The translations under genes were made by a program, and so were the position numbers. Shown here one piece after another: positions 25,869-38,212 of a DNA stretch of 64,000 nt. A model generated the notes under the pieces. That model had not been told where the DNA came from. It did not search any database and worked only from the letters and a program-made list of their open reading frames with translations. Within the stretch, counting starts at the first letter, position 1, and each line of letters begins with the position of its first letter. Source of the stretch: Felis catus (taxonomy: Eukaryota); the NCBI RefSeq assembly GCF_018350175.1, contig NC_058368.1, positions 120,220,001 through 120,284,000 of the forward strand, given 5' to 3'.

Positions 25869-26257
25869 TACTGTGGTTTGAAATTTTGTGCCTCCCCGCC
25901 CCCCCCGCCCCCACCGCCAAAATTCACATGTTGAAATCCAAATGCCCAGTGTGGTGACATTAGGAAGTGGAGCATTTGGTGATGAGGTCATGAGGATGTC
26001 AGCCTGAGTAGGATTAGTGCTTTTTATAAGAGAGACTCCATATAAATCCCTTGTTCCTTCCACCATGTGAGGACACAGCAAAAAGACGATGCCACCTGTG
26101 AGCCTGAAAGCCAGCTTTCACCAGCCCTCAGAGTGAATAGGCTAGAGACATGATCCTGGACTTCCTGGTCTCCGTCACTCTCAGAAATAAATTTCTGTTG
26201 CTTATAAACTCTCCAGTCTATGGTAGTTTGTTACAGCAACACAAAGGGACTAAGACA
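25869..26257 (+). mobile_element. MLT1A-type MaLR solo LTR
   Basis: AAAATTCACATGTTGAAATCC, CCACCATGTGAGGACACAGC, AGAAATAAATTTCTGTTG, terminal GGACTAAGACA; near-TSD TATGC/GATGC. Confidence 0.9.
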
Positions 26258-26508
26258 GATGCAAATATGTTAATATCAAAGCAAAAACAAAAATACATGA
26301 AACTAAACAGTCCTCCTTGTTCCTGGTTACATGGGTTGTATTTATAACTTCTTCCATTTTCCATTCTTTGTTTCCTTTTCCCTCAGTATGTTGTGTTGAC
26401 CCAAACTTTTCAGAATTAAAACAACTAAATTAGTAGAAACCAAAGCACAGGGATATTTAAAAAAAAAAAAAAAAACGCTAGTAGTTTATTCTCTTTGATA
26501 ATGGCAAG

Positions 26509-27503
26509 TGTATTAATTTTCTATTGCTGCATAAAAAAGTACAGCAAACGTAGTATTTAAAACAGCATATACTTATCTTTTCAGACTTTCCAGGATCAGA
26601 AGGCCAGGCACAGCTTGGCCTCTGCAGGGTCTTACAAGGCCAAGGTCAAGGTGTTGGCAGGATTTCATTGTAATCTGAATACTCAAAAAGGGAAGAATCT
26701 TTGTTGAAGCTCCCTAAGGTTGTTGGCAGATTGCATTCCCTTCAGGCTGTAGAATTGATAGTAGCTTGCTTCTTCAAAGCTAGAGATGCAAGAGAGAAAG
26801 AGACATATTACTGCTTCTAGTCTTAACTTGCTGGAATGCCTAGGCCTTTTCTCTTAAGGGCCCACTTGATTATGTTAGGTAACCCACAGTAATCACTTTT
26901 CATTAACTCAAACTTAACTAAAAAAAGGGACCTGAATTACATCTGAAAAATCTCACCTTTGACTTATACATAATACAGTTGGGAGGGTGATACTCCATTG
27001 GTTTTGAAAAATTATATGGGTTAGAAGCAGATCACAGGAGTTGCTCATACTTCAAAGGAGTGGATTACACAAAGGCAAGGATATTAGGTCATGGGAATCC
27101 ACCCCCTTAGGGTCTTATATTAGTCAAGGTTATCCAGAAAAACAGAACTAATAGAATCGATTGATCAGCTAGTTAAAATTGGCTCATGCAACATTATGGA
27201 GGTTGACAGGTTCAAAATCAGCAGTTGAGGGGGCTAGTGTGCTAGAGAGCCAGGAGAGTTGGTGGTGCAGATGAAGTCTGAAAACAGTCTTCTGGAGAAT
27301 TTCTTTTGCTTGGGAGGTTAGTCTCTTTTTGTTTTTTGTTTTTTGTTTTTTATTTAGGCCTTCAAATGATTGGATAAGTCCCACCTATGTTATGGAAGGC
27401 CATCTGCTTTATCCAGAGTTCACCAATATAAGTGTTAATCTCATCCCCAAGCAACCCCCATGTTGACATCTAAAATTAACAACTTACAGAGTTGTCTACC
27501 ACT
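26509..27503 (-). mobile_element. MLT1E/F-type MaLR LTR interrupted near one end by an MLT2 LTR
   Basis: TGTATTAATTTTCTATTGCTGCATAA, GGTTGTTGGCAGATTGCATTCCCTT, GCTTGCTTCTTCAAAGC; resumes as GTCTACCAC after 27488. Confidence 0.8.
27116..27488 (-). mobile_element. MLT2 (ERV-L) solo LTR
   Basis: ATTAGTCAAGGTTATCCAGAAAAACAGAAC...AGGCCTTCAAATGATTGGATAAGTCCCACC...GTTGACATCTAAAATTAAC. Confidence 0.88.
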
Positions 27504-27534
27504 CTAAAAATTCTTACGAGACAAGTACTTTTTA

Positions 27535-27655
27535 AATTCTTCGTAACAAATGAGGAACTCAGGTACAGATACATAATTTGACCAAGGTCACCCTATAAGT
27601 AAAAAATAGTACCAGGGTTTGAATCCAGGTATTGTGACCTTAGAGTCTTTGTTAC
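27535..27655 (-). mobile_element. MIR fragment
   Basis: ACAAATGAGGAACTCAGGTACAGA...CCAAGGTCAC...GGGTTTGAATCCAGG. Confidence 0.75.
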
Positions 27656-27924
27656 CCATTATCTCTTTTGGTAGAAATATAATACCCACCTGGGGGGACC
27701 CTTCCTGCTTGTTTGAAAGGGATATACCCTCAGGCAGTAACAAAGGAAAAGTGAAAAAAACAGTCATAGACACAACAGAGAAATTTAGAATAATAGTTAA
27801 ATATAGACTTCTGACCCAAATTTCTGCTGATTTTTCTGAGGAAATGTGATGGGCACTGAGATGTATGAAGGATCTTCTCCACACCAGGCATCGTGATGAC
27901 TTTTTCTACATATACATATTCATC

Positions 27925-28075
27925 TACATTTTAATCCTCTTGAACACCTAGTAGGAGAGCAATGATTATTCTTAATTTACTTGTGAGGAAAAAAGCTAAA
28001 CAGTGACTTGTGAAAAGTCATACAGTTGGAAAGTGGCCAAGCCACAACTCAGAGCCAGATTGGCCTGTCCCCAAG
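27925..28075 (-). mobile_element. MIR fragment
   Basis: TTTAATCCTCTTGAACACC...GTGACTTGTGAAAAGTCATACAGTTGGAAAGTGGC. Confidence 0.65.
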
Positions 28076-28389
28076 GACTTAGAGCCATTTGTGACAATTC
28101 CTTGATCAACAGTTCATTTACACATATTCTAGCATATTAGAGCCAATAACTGGTCAGTAAAGAAGCACAGTGCAGACAAATACATTGAATACTGGTGTAG
28201 TTAATTTTTCTCATGCATCTTAATCTAAAGTATTTTCTATCCACTCTACAATGTTGGTCATTCAAGATATCTCTATTTACAAGTAATATGAATTTACTTT
28301 TGTTGTTAAAATTTGGTGTTGAATGAACATTGATGATGACACTTTGACCATCAAGTTCATATTTCAGCATTTGTGAATTTCCCTGTGTG

Positions 28390-28900
28390 AATACAGCACG
28401 CAGGTTTTGTCGCCCACTGCATCTCTTGCAAAATCCCTTTCTCTTGGCCATCTCCAGTATAGAACTTCAAAAACTAAAAACCCTCCTAGCCTACCTTAGA
28501 GGCCATGTGATGCAGTTTTGTCCAAGAAACATAAGTGGATGTCTTGTGGCACTGAAAGAATGGGCTTTGAGAAAAAGCTAGCTTTTCTGATGAAAGGGAC
28601 ACTCATCTCTTGTACTATCTCTCTGGCCCCTTCCTCTCCATTCTTCCTGAATTGAATGCAAGTGTGAATCTTGGATCTCTAACAACTATCCTAAGGCTAG
28701 GAGAATGAAAAAGCAGCATGCTGAGCATAGTGGGTTGAAAAGAGAGACCTTTGGTCTTTGTGGATATCATTAGGTTACAGAACCAAGGACAGAAGCTGCC
28801 TATATCCAGGCCTGTTATTACTTGAGGACAAACTGTCACTGTTTGCTTAAGTCACCTCCAGGTAGATCTCTATTACTCATTATATGCTTTAAGTAACAAT
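28390..28900 (+). mobile_element. Ancient MaLR LTR (MLT1I/J-like)
   Basis: GGCCATGTGATGCAGTTTTGTCCAA...TTCTTCCTGAATTGAATGCAAGTGTGA...TGTTTGCTTAAGTCAC. Confidence 0.65.
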
Positions 28901-28939
28901 AATGATAATGTAACACTAATAAATATATTAGTGCATATT

Positions 28940-29680
28940 GTACTTGGTTACCGTATGACAGGCAAGGTCGAATACTTGAGGCTTACTAGCGTATTTAATC
29001 CTCTTAATCCTACAGAACAGTTGTTAGTGTTCTCACGATGCCCATTTTGTAGCTGGGGAAACAGAGGTTAGCATTGAGCAGTAAAAGAGGCTTACTGGAA
29101 GCACAGGTGCCAGGATATGAGACAAAGATCTGAAAAGAGGGCTTTTCCTCATATTATGAGAGATTAGCTGATTTTCCCAGCATGCATGGGGCCATGGTGT
29201 CAATATGACAGATCATTCAGGAACACAGCCTGCAAAGTCAGACAGATGTTGGTATAAATTGAAGCTCTGTCACTTACTACATGTCATATCTTGGGTCATA
29301 GAGTAAAAATCTCTAAGTCTCAGTTTATACATAGGCTGAGTCCGCATCTTCTTTAGGATAGAGAAATATAAAAATATCCGGTAGCATTCACCAAACCGTT
29401 TATGTGCCAAAGTAGCTCATCATCATTATCCTCATTCTCATCATCATCATGGCTAACCTCTAATTGAGCAATAGCTATGAGTCAGGTGCAGAGCTATACA
29501 TTTTATATGTAAAATGTCATTTGATCGTCATAGCACCCCGAAGAGTTATGCACTATTATTTTCCCCTGTCTCAAATGTGGAAAATTGCAATCACACAGCT
29601 ATTAAGCAATATAGCCAGGGCTCATATCCAAGCGTATCTGATTCCAGCTTTTATGTTTCTAATCACTATGACTTTCTGTC
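28940..29680. mobile_element. Cluster of MIR fragments in both orientations
   Basis: CCCATTTTGTAGCTGGGGAAACAGAGG (~29041), GCTCTGTCACTTACTA...CTCTAAGTCTCAGTTT (~29263-29327), further piece ~29460-29670. Confidence 0.6.
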
Positions 29681-31387
29681 ACCAGGAGGCACTAGAAATG
29701 TAATAACAAGATAAAGTTTCTGTTCCCTGAGGACAGTCTACAGATGGAGACCAATAAGGAAACAGTATTTTCAGCACTACGAAAGAAAAATGTAGGATTC
29801 AAGGTGGTGACATGTTGAGGTCTAATTTGTGCCCTGATCTCATATTTTGCCAAAAGGATGTTGTGAAATTGAATTGTATGTGACTGAGAGAGAGAGAGAC
29901 TAAGAGAAAGAGAAAGAGAACATGCACACTCATGCTATCTTTCCTCGGTTGTTTCTCATAGTATGATGTTCTGTGATTTTCCTAGATCACATTTGTCATA
30001 GATGATTGGGTGCTACTTTTTGGAAAAGAATAGCATGAAGTGTGACAGGCTGGCTGGTGTGGATGGGAAGGGAGTGAAGTCTTCCTCTCCAGTTTGGGCC
30101 CTTCTTACCCTTTGAGTTCTGGAGTCACACTGGTTTTGTCCTTGAAGAAAACGAAAAACGAATTGGGGCCATTAATATTAAAGGTTTACTAGGGACATAT
30201 GCTACCCTTTCCAGAAACTCTGGAATGAGTATTGTTTCAGTGATTTAAATTCCCTAAAAGATCATTCTATTTTTTATTTCAAGACTAATGAGCTGAGTAT
30301 GAATAGCAGGGCAAGGGAAAGAAGGGGAAAAATACATTTGAAGTCTTCTTCTTGGGTTTCAATCTCAACCCCTTAAGCTGAAAAGTGACAGTTGTCCTTT
30401 GTATCTTACCATGCCATTGTAAGTCAGATCATGATGTTTTCACATATTTCGACTGTGCAATTGAGTCATAGAATAGCAGGTTCTACTTGCAAAATTTAAC
30501 AATTACTTTAAAAATCACTTGGCAATTTGGAACATTTTAGATAAATAAAAGCAAACCTTATGCCCAGGCAAAATATTAATAGGAGACTGTGGAACAATCA
30601 GTCTTTGCACAGCAATTTGGGAACATATGGTGATACGTTCAGACAAAAGGCCATGTTCAAGGTTGAAACAGCCCTTGTGCAGTGGGGCTGGGCAATAACT
30701 TATGGCATTGATTACATAAAATGCAACTCTAGGCTTCTTTCCTGGCACACTGTTTTGCACATCCACAATGGCTAGGCAATAAACAAAGCCAGATATATGC
30801 TCAAGATTTACAAAGCAAATCATCCATTTCTTGGTCATTTATTTACTATTTTGTCAATTCCTTGTCAATGATGTTATCCTGTAAAAGGTGATACAAGTGA
30901 TGTAATGGCCCACCCTAGGTATGGGAGTTGAAAACAACTTTCTTTGTCATCAACCTGATCTACTCATTCCTAAAAGGAGAGCAATATCAACTTGGGATCA
31001 TCATATTCTTCTAGTGTTGAGAATGATACTTGGTTTTGTGTGGCCCTTTTAAAATTATTTTTAAAGAAAAAAATTGTCATGGAAATGTACCCCTTATAAA
31101 CATTGTCCTATAATTTAATCATAAATAATTCTTAAATCTAACAGAGAGATAACTGAGCAACCACCCTGCACCAATGACTGTCAAGATTAATGGTAACATA
31201 TAAACCTTAACCACAAGAAGAGCTTAATTAGCTGGAAATATTTCTTTTTCTGTTACTATCTTCAGTTATTGGAAACTTTGCAAAATCCACTAGATTACTC
31301 TCAGCTTCAATAGATGGACTATATTGAAAACAATTTCATTGCTCTTGGATAAGTGACTTTTCACTCACGTTTATTATTTATCTTTGA

Positions 31388-31950
31388 TCATTTATTCATA
31401 AATTCAACAAATAGTTACCAAGCAGAATTGTGTTTTAGGCATTATAATAGAGACACAGTCTGGTTGCTGCTCTCATACAGCTTCCAGTTCTAATGAGCAA
31501 CTTAAAATACAGTATAGTAAGGGCTATTTTAAGGAGATTGTAGGATGCCATAAGAGATTGTGGGAGAGGAATCAAACGCAAATTTGGACTGTCAGGAAAG
31601 GCTTTCTGAGAAATATTTCATATGAAACCAGAATTAGTTATGCAGAGCAAGAGGCATAAAAGAATGTTGTTGACACAATAAGGAGACTCTCAAGGTGAAA
31701 GAAAGAGAGTGACCTTTGGTGGTTTCCAAGTATTGAAATGCATTTAGTGTGGATGCATTGTTGATTTCCAGGTGGCCACGAGAATTAAGAAGGACTCTGA
31801 AGCCTTTGCATGTAGAGCCTTGAAACCATGTAAAGAAGTTCAGACATTATCTTAAGATGAGATAAAAAGCCTTTCAAGGACTTTAAATAGAAGAGTGACA
31901 TGAATAAGTTTATGTTTATCATTCCTGCTGTGGGTATACAAGGTATATAG
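31388..31950 (-). mobile_element. L2 3' region
   Basis: ATTCAACAAATAGTT start; GTCAGGAAAGGCTTTCTGAG; GGACTTTAAATAGAAGAGTGACATGA. Confidence 0.75.
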
Positions 31951-32029
31951 AGAAGGGTATGCTTCTCCCACCTTTCTATATCTTAATCTAGAGCCAGACT
32001 GCCATATTAACTTAAGGAAGAGAAAATTT

Positions 32030-32290
32030 ACTCTGTGTCATTTTAGAATGAAAATAATAGGCGAGTTAGAGGAAGAAAGATTTCACCTTAATCTTGATAA
32101 ATAATGATTTAATGATCATAACTTCAAAAATGGAGTAGACAGTCTTGAGAAGTAAGTTCCCATTCCTGGAAATACATTTGCAGAGGTAAGAAGACTGCTG
32201 ATAAAAGGATGATCTAGAAGAGATGTCTTTGTTGTCAGAAGGTGGGACTAAATGACCCCTAGAGTTTCTTCTGGTTCTTAGCTTATTTTA
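32030..32290 (+). mobile_element. L3/CR1 3'-end fragment
   Basis: AGTTCCCATTCCTGGAAA...GCAGAGG...GGTGGGACTAAATGACCCCTAGAGTTTCTTC resembles the CR1/L3 3' end. Confidence 0.65.
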
Positions 32291-34131
32291 AGGTTCTGTT
32301 TGCTTGAATTATGGCTCACCAGGGTTCTAATATAATTTTGATAGCTTCAGTGTCTTAAATTGTTGAATCATTCCTACTCTTTGTTTCTAAGCATAAAGGG
32401 TAAGATTTTTTCAGATGTTACGATTCTCTGTATTCCTTACTATGGGACATGCAATGGAAGAAGTTAGGAAATGAATTGTTTGCATGCTGGTCTGAATTTC
32501 TGTAGATGATGATGCCTGGCACACAATTTTTTTCTTGTCTGCAGGTAGTTATGTCTTTTGAATTTGCTGCTCCGTTTTGAAAATATCTTGGAGAAATAAA
32601 ATGAGCAATATGACCCAAAGACGTAATCTAAGATGTAACACTTCCAAGGCCTTCTTGTACACTTTTGGGTACAGTAGTACTTACCCAATTAATTATATTT
32701 ACAACCCAAACATTCTCTCCTCTGATTTTATCTCACTCCTTGAAATGCATTCATGTATGAATAAATGAACAAATATGTTGGAGATACATGGTTGAATTAA
32801 CAGATAATTTTGGAGTATTTTCCATGGGCTTATAAGGAAGATAAAGGGAATAAGAGCTTAGCAGCCTCTGAACTGTCAGTGCTATTTGGGACTTCAGTCT
32901 TGTTTTAATTCTGTGCTTTTTCATAGTAATATCAAATTCACTGTGCATAGTGGAGATGTTACTTAGTTTAAATCGCACTCTAGGTAAACTGAGTTAGGGT
33001 AACTTCACTTCTATCTATATCATGCTACATAATTTTTACTTAAAAAGGTCTTCATATCCTCAAGATGTATTTAACATAGCTTGATAAGACATAATTCCTT
33101 TTGTGCTTGAGAACAGTAAACATAAGAGATTGTTACCAATTTGGTAAAGATTTTAGGAAAAGACTTTTAGGATCAAGTAAACAGTAACTTTCTCCTATGT
33201 ACCTCAATCTAATGTTGAAACTTGAGATAAGTTAACTCACATATCATGCTCAGAGACCAAATAATTCTTCGGTGTGCAGGGAATACGTTCCGTTATGATT
33301 GTTAGAAAAATGATGGGGGAGGCTGTCCATATGAGACAAACTATAATTAAAAATGTATAAATAGTTATTGCAGAGACTACTGTCATCATGAGCTGATAAC
33401 CTGCACTAAGGTGTATCCAACAGAGAGAGTTGGACTTTTTCATTAATCCTCTATACTCTCAACTCTATTTGTTGTTCTAGAAGGTGGAGGTGGAGTCCTC
33501 CCAAGTAAACAAGAAATATTGTTTGTGATGGTGATTTTCTATTGTGAATAGTCCAGCTGAAATTATGGGAAATATGCAGAAAGAGATTTCTACTGGCAGT
33601 GTTTAAGAAGACACATTACTAAGCACCCTCTTAAACCCAATGAAGGGCAGAAAACTTACATTGACTTGAATAGAAATTTCTTGGACCTTACTTAACAAAA
33701 TCCTGTTTTATTCAGAATAGCATATGTCCCTATACATCCCATGAGACTTCAGGGAATTTGAATTAAGGATCCAAGATCTAGAAGTTGGCTTGTTTGATCT
33801 TAAAGCAGTGATATTTCTTGACAATGATCGACTCAGTAATAGGAATACATGCCAAAGAGTTAAAACAGGGAGACGATATGGGGGGTTTATATTAAGGTCT
33901 TCCTTGATTTTCTGGGATGATATTTAGGAATGGGTTTCTCTTATATTGGGTTCAGTAGGTTTTAGGTTATTGATGGGATACAATAACAAAGGTTTATATA
34001 GTTTTCACATCAATTTCCACCACACATGGGATAGTAGGTTTCCTCTGCCCTGTCCTCTCTATAGCACATGGGCTGGCACAGCAGTCATGATCCAGAGCAG
34101 TACTCATCACTGTACCAGTAAAAATGGCCTT

Positions 34132-34312
34132 GTTTTAAAAATTTTTAATATGTATTTATTATTTTTTAATTAATTTATTGTCAAATTGGCTAACATACAG
34201 TGTGTAAAGTATGCTCTTGGTTTTTTGGGGGTAGATTCCTGTGGTTCATTGCTTACATACAACACCCAGTGCTCATCCCAACAAGTGCCCTCCTCAATGC
34301 CCATCACCCTAG
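34132..34312 (-). mobile_element. Short carnivore/feline L1 3' end
   Basis: TTTATTGTCAAATTGGCTAACATACAG...ACAACACCCAGTGCTCATCCC; 11-bp TSD AAAATGGCCTT at 34121-34131 and 34313-34323. Confidence 0.92.
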
Positions 34313-34323
34313 AAAATGGCCTT

Positions 34324-34485
34324 TAGATCCCAAACCCAGAATTAACTTATATTATTTCTAATCATGTTCTGCTAACAATGAGTCACAGGACCACATCTAA
34401 CTTCAAGAGAGCAGGGGTGAGCAAATATGTATGTTCCAGGAAAGAAACCAGAGGTATTTATTGGCCACTACTAATGAATATCACA
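34324..34485 (-). mobile_element. Ancient MaLR (MLT1-like) LTR fragment
   Basis: GAGTCACAGGACCACATCTAACTTCAAG...CTACTAATGAATATCACA. Confidence 0.55.
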
Positions 34486-35233
34486 TTTTTCCTCAGGCAT
34501 CATCCCTTGCCTTGCTACTGAACAGAGTAGGACAGAAGAGGACATTGCCAAGAGACTAACAGAAAAATTGATCTAAAGACTATAGATTAAAACTACTCAT
34601 CCTTAAAGCTCATCCTACCTCTATTGTTTCTAGCTGTGTGAATTGATCAGTTTACACAGGTTTTAAGCCAGTTATCTGTTGAGTTTTCTATAACTTGCCT
34701 CCAAAATGACCTAATGGATACATATTTACTATCAAGTTCTTTTTTGAGTCAACTTCATCTGCCATGGGCCATTTAAAGAAAGGAGATAGAGCAGTTTATT
34801 ATTCAGGGTAAGTTCTCCCTTTGGGATCTTAAGTTCTGTTGAGCTTTATGTTGGAAACTCTGGGTGGTAAAAATTAAATTCATTCTCAGCTCTGCACACA
34901 TGTACTGTACCAGCCATTTATGCTTCACTTGAGCATTTTCCCTTTATGTCATATATAAAATTCCTAGAAATAAGCAAAGGCGAACTTTCTACATCTCAAT
35001 GCAGAAATTGCATAGAAAGACAGATGCCTGCCATTTATTTCTTGGCTTTGGACTTTGGCATGTTTGGCAATTGGACATTGGGGATCTGGCTATCTCATCA
35101 AATTCTATTTTGAATGTCACAGAGAAGCAACAGTTTTAGCAGGAGCTGATGCCATATTATAAGCTTGATCTAGGGTATATTTTTGATCCATTCTGAATTA
35201 TGTCTTAAAACTGTAAAGGCCAACTAAAACTAA

Positions 35234-35234
<1 letters not shown>

Positions 35235-35310
<76 letters not shown>
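35235..35310. repeat. (TTTC)19 microsatellite
   Basis: Perfect run read directly. Confidence 0.97.
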
Positions 35311-35311
<1 letters not shown>

Positions 35312-35449
35312 ATAGAAATTCAGTGCTGTAAGTTTTGGAGGGAGTAAGGACAAAGTGAGTCAGGGATTAGATCTGTGCAGAGAACCAATAGATCCCTTAC
35401 ATTTCCCCCACTTTACTCCTTCACTAAGCATTTTCTCACTCCCAACTCC

Positions 35450-35660
35450 ATACTCATTAAAAATGGGGTTGTATGCATTTCCTAATGCCTATATAAGATG
35501 CTTTCTTTTATCATAGCAGTTTTCATACTTTGAGTAATTTTCCTGTTTACATATCTTACTCCCCCCACCCCCAAGTACTAGGAGCTCCTTGAGCATGTAG
35601 AATACGAGTGTTTTTATTGATTTGCACTAGATGGAATTTAAAGTACATGTGAATTATATG
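35450..35660 (+). mobile_element. L2 3'-end fragment
   Basis: TCCTGTTTACATATCTT...ACTAGGAGCTCCTTGAG. Confidence 0.5.
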
Positions 35661-35979
35661 AAGTATAATAGAAAACTACAAAGTGATGCTAGTATATGGA
35701 AGAAGAAATCATAAAGCGTAAAATATTAACATAAATGAGGCTCAAAATCCAAACCAGACATTGTGACTAGTAGCTACTTGTCCTGACTTCCCTTGTGCCG
35801 TCTTCAGAGACAAGATCCTGGAATAACCCAGGGCAGTAGCTTGTGTTTCTTCAAATTTGGCTTTAATATCTACATAAGTATTCCAATGTAAATTTGATGT
35901 TAGCCTCTCTTACATTAATTTTCTCCTACCAGCTTCTTAACAGTATTCCAAATTTCTCAGGTAGGTAGATAAGTAGAAT

Positions 35980-36470
35980 TGATCTCACTCCCAGTGTCCA
36001 TGATATGGTCTCAATTTTCCTGAGTCATTCAACATATGTTAGCTTCCTGGCCATAGCAATAGATTCAGACATGGCAAGAGACCCAAAATAGGTCACTAAG
36101 AGTCAATGAGACTCAATTAAAGCTGTTTAATTAAGCTACAGGAAAGCAGATTGTCTCTTCCCAAAGTGAACACAGACAAGTGTGATACTGCTAATATGCT
36201 GATGGTCATCTTGAGATCATGTAGAAATAGCCTTACTGAGTATGAAGCCAATTCTGAGAAATGCTGGTGGTTGTGGGGTGTGTGTGGGGAAGGGGAGCAG
36301 ATTGATTGACTGACAGATTATTAGCCTGAGAAAGTGGGAAGTCTTACTAAGAAAAGGAGGCTAAAATAAGAAAGTGAGTCTGGGTCACATCATTTGAGTC
36401 CTTGATAAACGACATCGAAACTGTTTTAATCCCTGAAATCATAAGTAATTTATGCCACTTGTGCATGTGC
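35980..36470 (+). mobile_element. Ancient MaLR LTR (MLT1K-like)
   Basis: CCTGGCCATAGCAATAGATTCAG...GAGTATGAAGCCAA...CATCATTTGAGTCCTTGAT. Confidence 0.6.
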
Positions 36471-37369
36471 ATGAGTGTGTGTTGCTTGTGTCTAGTCTGG
36501 AAATTTTAAGGCCAAAACCCTACATAAAGGAAATGTGTGCGTTTTATTTTAAGCTTTCCTGTTGTGCATTGGGAAGAAAGTCAATATAGGAGGTCAAGCT
36601 GTAATCCAGCTTATGGTTCAGTATGAAATTGGAGTAACTGTTTCTTTAGATTGAATAGTATTGTTACCATCGTATAGCCTACTACCTTTCCCCTGCAAGG
36701 TTTTCCAACAAATCTTTATTCAAGTGTCTTCAGAAATATAACTTGAGGGTGTTTGAAGAATCAGATGTATTAAATTGTCCCCCAAATTTTTCATCCAGTA
36801 GAAAGATAAAAATGAGGCTTTTAAAGGCCCTATTCTCTTTCTTCTGTGACTCCTTGAGAAAGATACTCACAAAGGATAAAATGGAATTGTGCGCACGAAG
36901 TGTGTACACAGATCAATCCAATCTGAAATGGATCAAAAGGACCTAGGAAAGGGAAGTGTGAGTGAGATAAAAGAAAGTTGGCCGTCATAGCTTGCATTCA
37001 CTCAGAACATGGCAGTGATTTTTGGCTTCATCTGCACAAGAACAAGAATTTATATAGATCCATTTAATTTATTAAATATACTATCTCAATTTTACTTTTA
37101 TCTTTTTTTCTTTTGCTTAAATGACAAAAACAAAGTTTGTCAAAAAATTAAATAAAGGCCATGGCCAGATGGAATTCATTATTTTTATAATTTGTACATC
37201 AGCCATTGGGTACTAAATGTGGGTACTAAAATAGTCACCAGTGGTAAATTATATATATGGACCAGTATTTTTATCCAGGAAGAGGCAGCGAAACAAATAA
37301 AACTAATCTATTTTTTTTTGAAAGTCAGTACCTACTGGTGCTTAAAAACACCCCTTTTGGAAACCAATG

Positions 37370-37525
37370 AAGCAGGGCTTGAATCCTGACTTCTGTATTT
37401 CTCATCTGTGTGACTTCTCCAAGCTTTACCTTCTATAAATTAGAAATAAAAGTGGCATTTCCCATATAGGTTTGCAGTGGGGATTAAAAGAGACAATTTA
37501 TTCAAAGTGTTTGTGTCAAACACTG
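37370..37525 (+). mobile_element. MIR fragment
   Basis: GGGCTTGAATCCTGACTTCTG...TGTGTGACTT...GGGATTAAAAGAGA. Confidence 0.6.
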
Positions 37526-37619
37526 AACTCAGAAGTGAAAGCAAGTCCTGGTGAACATAAAGTAGTAGATTCAAAAGAATTCTTAACTGTAAAATAAAAC
37601 AAAACAAAACAAAAACAAG

Positions 37620-37776
37620 AGACACAAGGAACCTCTGTGATGGTTATGTTTGTTACCTTGCTTGTGATGAGGGTGTCACAAGTTTTTGCCTATTCCCAAA
37701 CTCATCACGTTATCTATATTAAATAAGTGTGTGCATTTCTTTTTGTATCAATTATACCTCAATAAAGCTGTTAAAA
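37620..37776 (+). mobile_element. Ancient L1 3' terminus (L1MB/MC-like)
   Basis: GTGATGGTTATGTTTGTTACCTTG...AAACTCATCA...TCAATTATACCTCAATAAAGCTGTTAAAA. Confidence 0.85.
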
Positions 37777-37819
37777 GAGGCATAAAGGAAGTCAAAGGCA
37801 GCTTTTAAAAAAAGTGAAT

Positions 37820-38015
37820 GTTAAGCGTCCGACTTCAGCCAGGTTACAATCTCGCGGCCCGTGAGTTCGAGCCCCGCGTCAGGCTCTGGGCTGATGGCTC
37901 AGAGCCTGGAACCTGTTTCCGATTCTGTGTCTCCCTCTCTCTCTGCCCCTCCCCCGTTCATGCTCTGTCTCTCTCTGTCCCAAAAATAAATAAACGTTGA
38001 AAAAAAATTTTTTTT
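37820..38015 (+). mobile_element. 5'-truncated young Can-SINE
   Basis: Starts at GTTAAGCGTCCGAC; same diagnostics as 2147 and 10127 (GGGCTGATGGCTCAG, CCCAAAAATAAATAAACGTTG); TSD AAAGTGAATGT at 37811-37821 and 38016-38026. Confidence 0.96.
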
Positions 38016-38149
38016 AAAGTGAATGTGAGCAGAAATTCTATCCGCTTACTAATTCAATATGTATTTATTAAGACCATGGATTGTGGAGTAAATCTCCCAG
38101 GATTTGAATCTCAATTTTTTCAGAGGAGGGATTGCTGGGTCATACAGCA

Positions 38150-38212
38150 GTCTATGGCCATAACACTCTGAACACATCTGATCTCATTTGGTTTTGGAAG
38201 CTAAAGATGGTC
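38150..38212 (+). pseudogene. 5S rRNA pseudogene fragment (nt ~1-63)
   Basis: GTCTATGGCCATAACACTCTGAACACATCTGATCTCATTTGGTTTTGGAAGCTAA aligns ungapped to vertebrate 5S GTCTACGGCCATACCACCCTGAACGCGCCCGATCTCGTCTGATCTCGGAAGCTAA (43/55 identical by hand, mismatches mostly transitions). Confidence 0.9.

Noticed and set aside
30515..30838. Overlapping 107-aa and 71-aa ORFs in unique sequence
   Set aside because: No recognisable domain or splice context; lengths are within chance expectation
38150..38212. Functional 5S rRNA gene
   Set aside because: Only about half length, diverged, no box C or terminator
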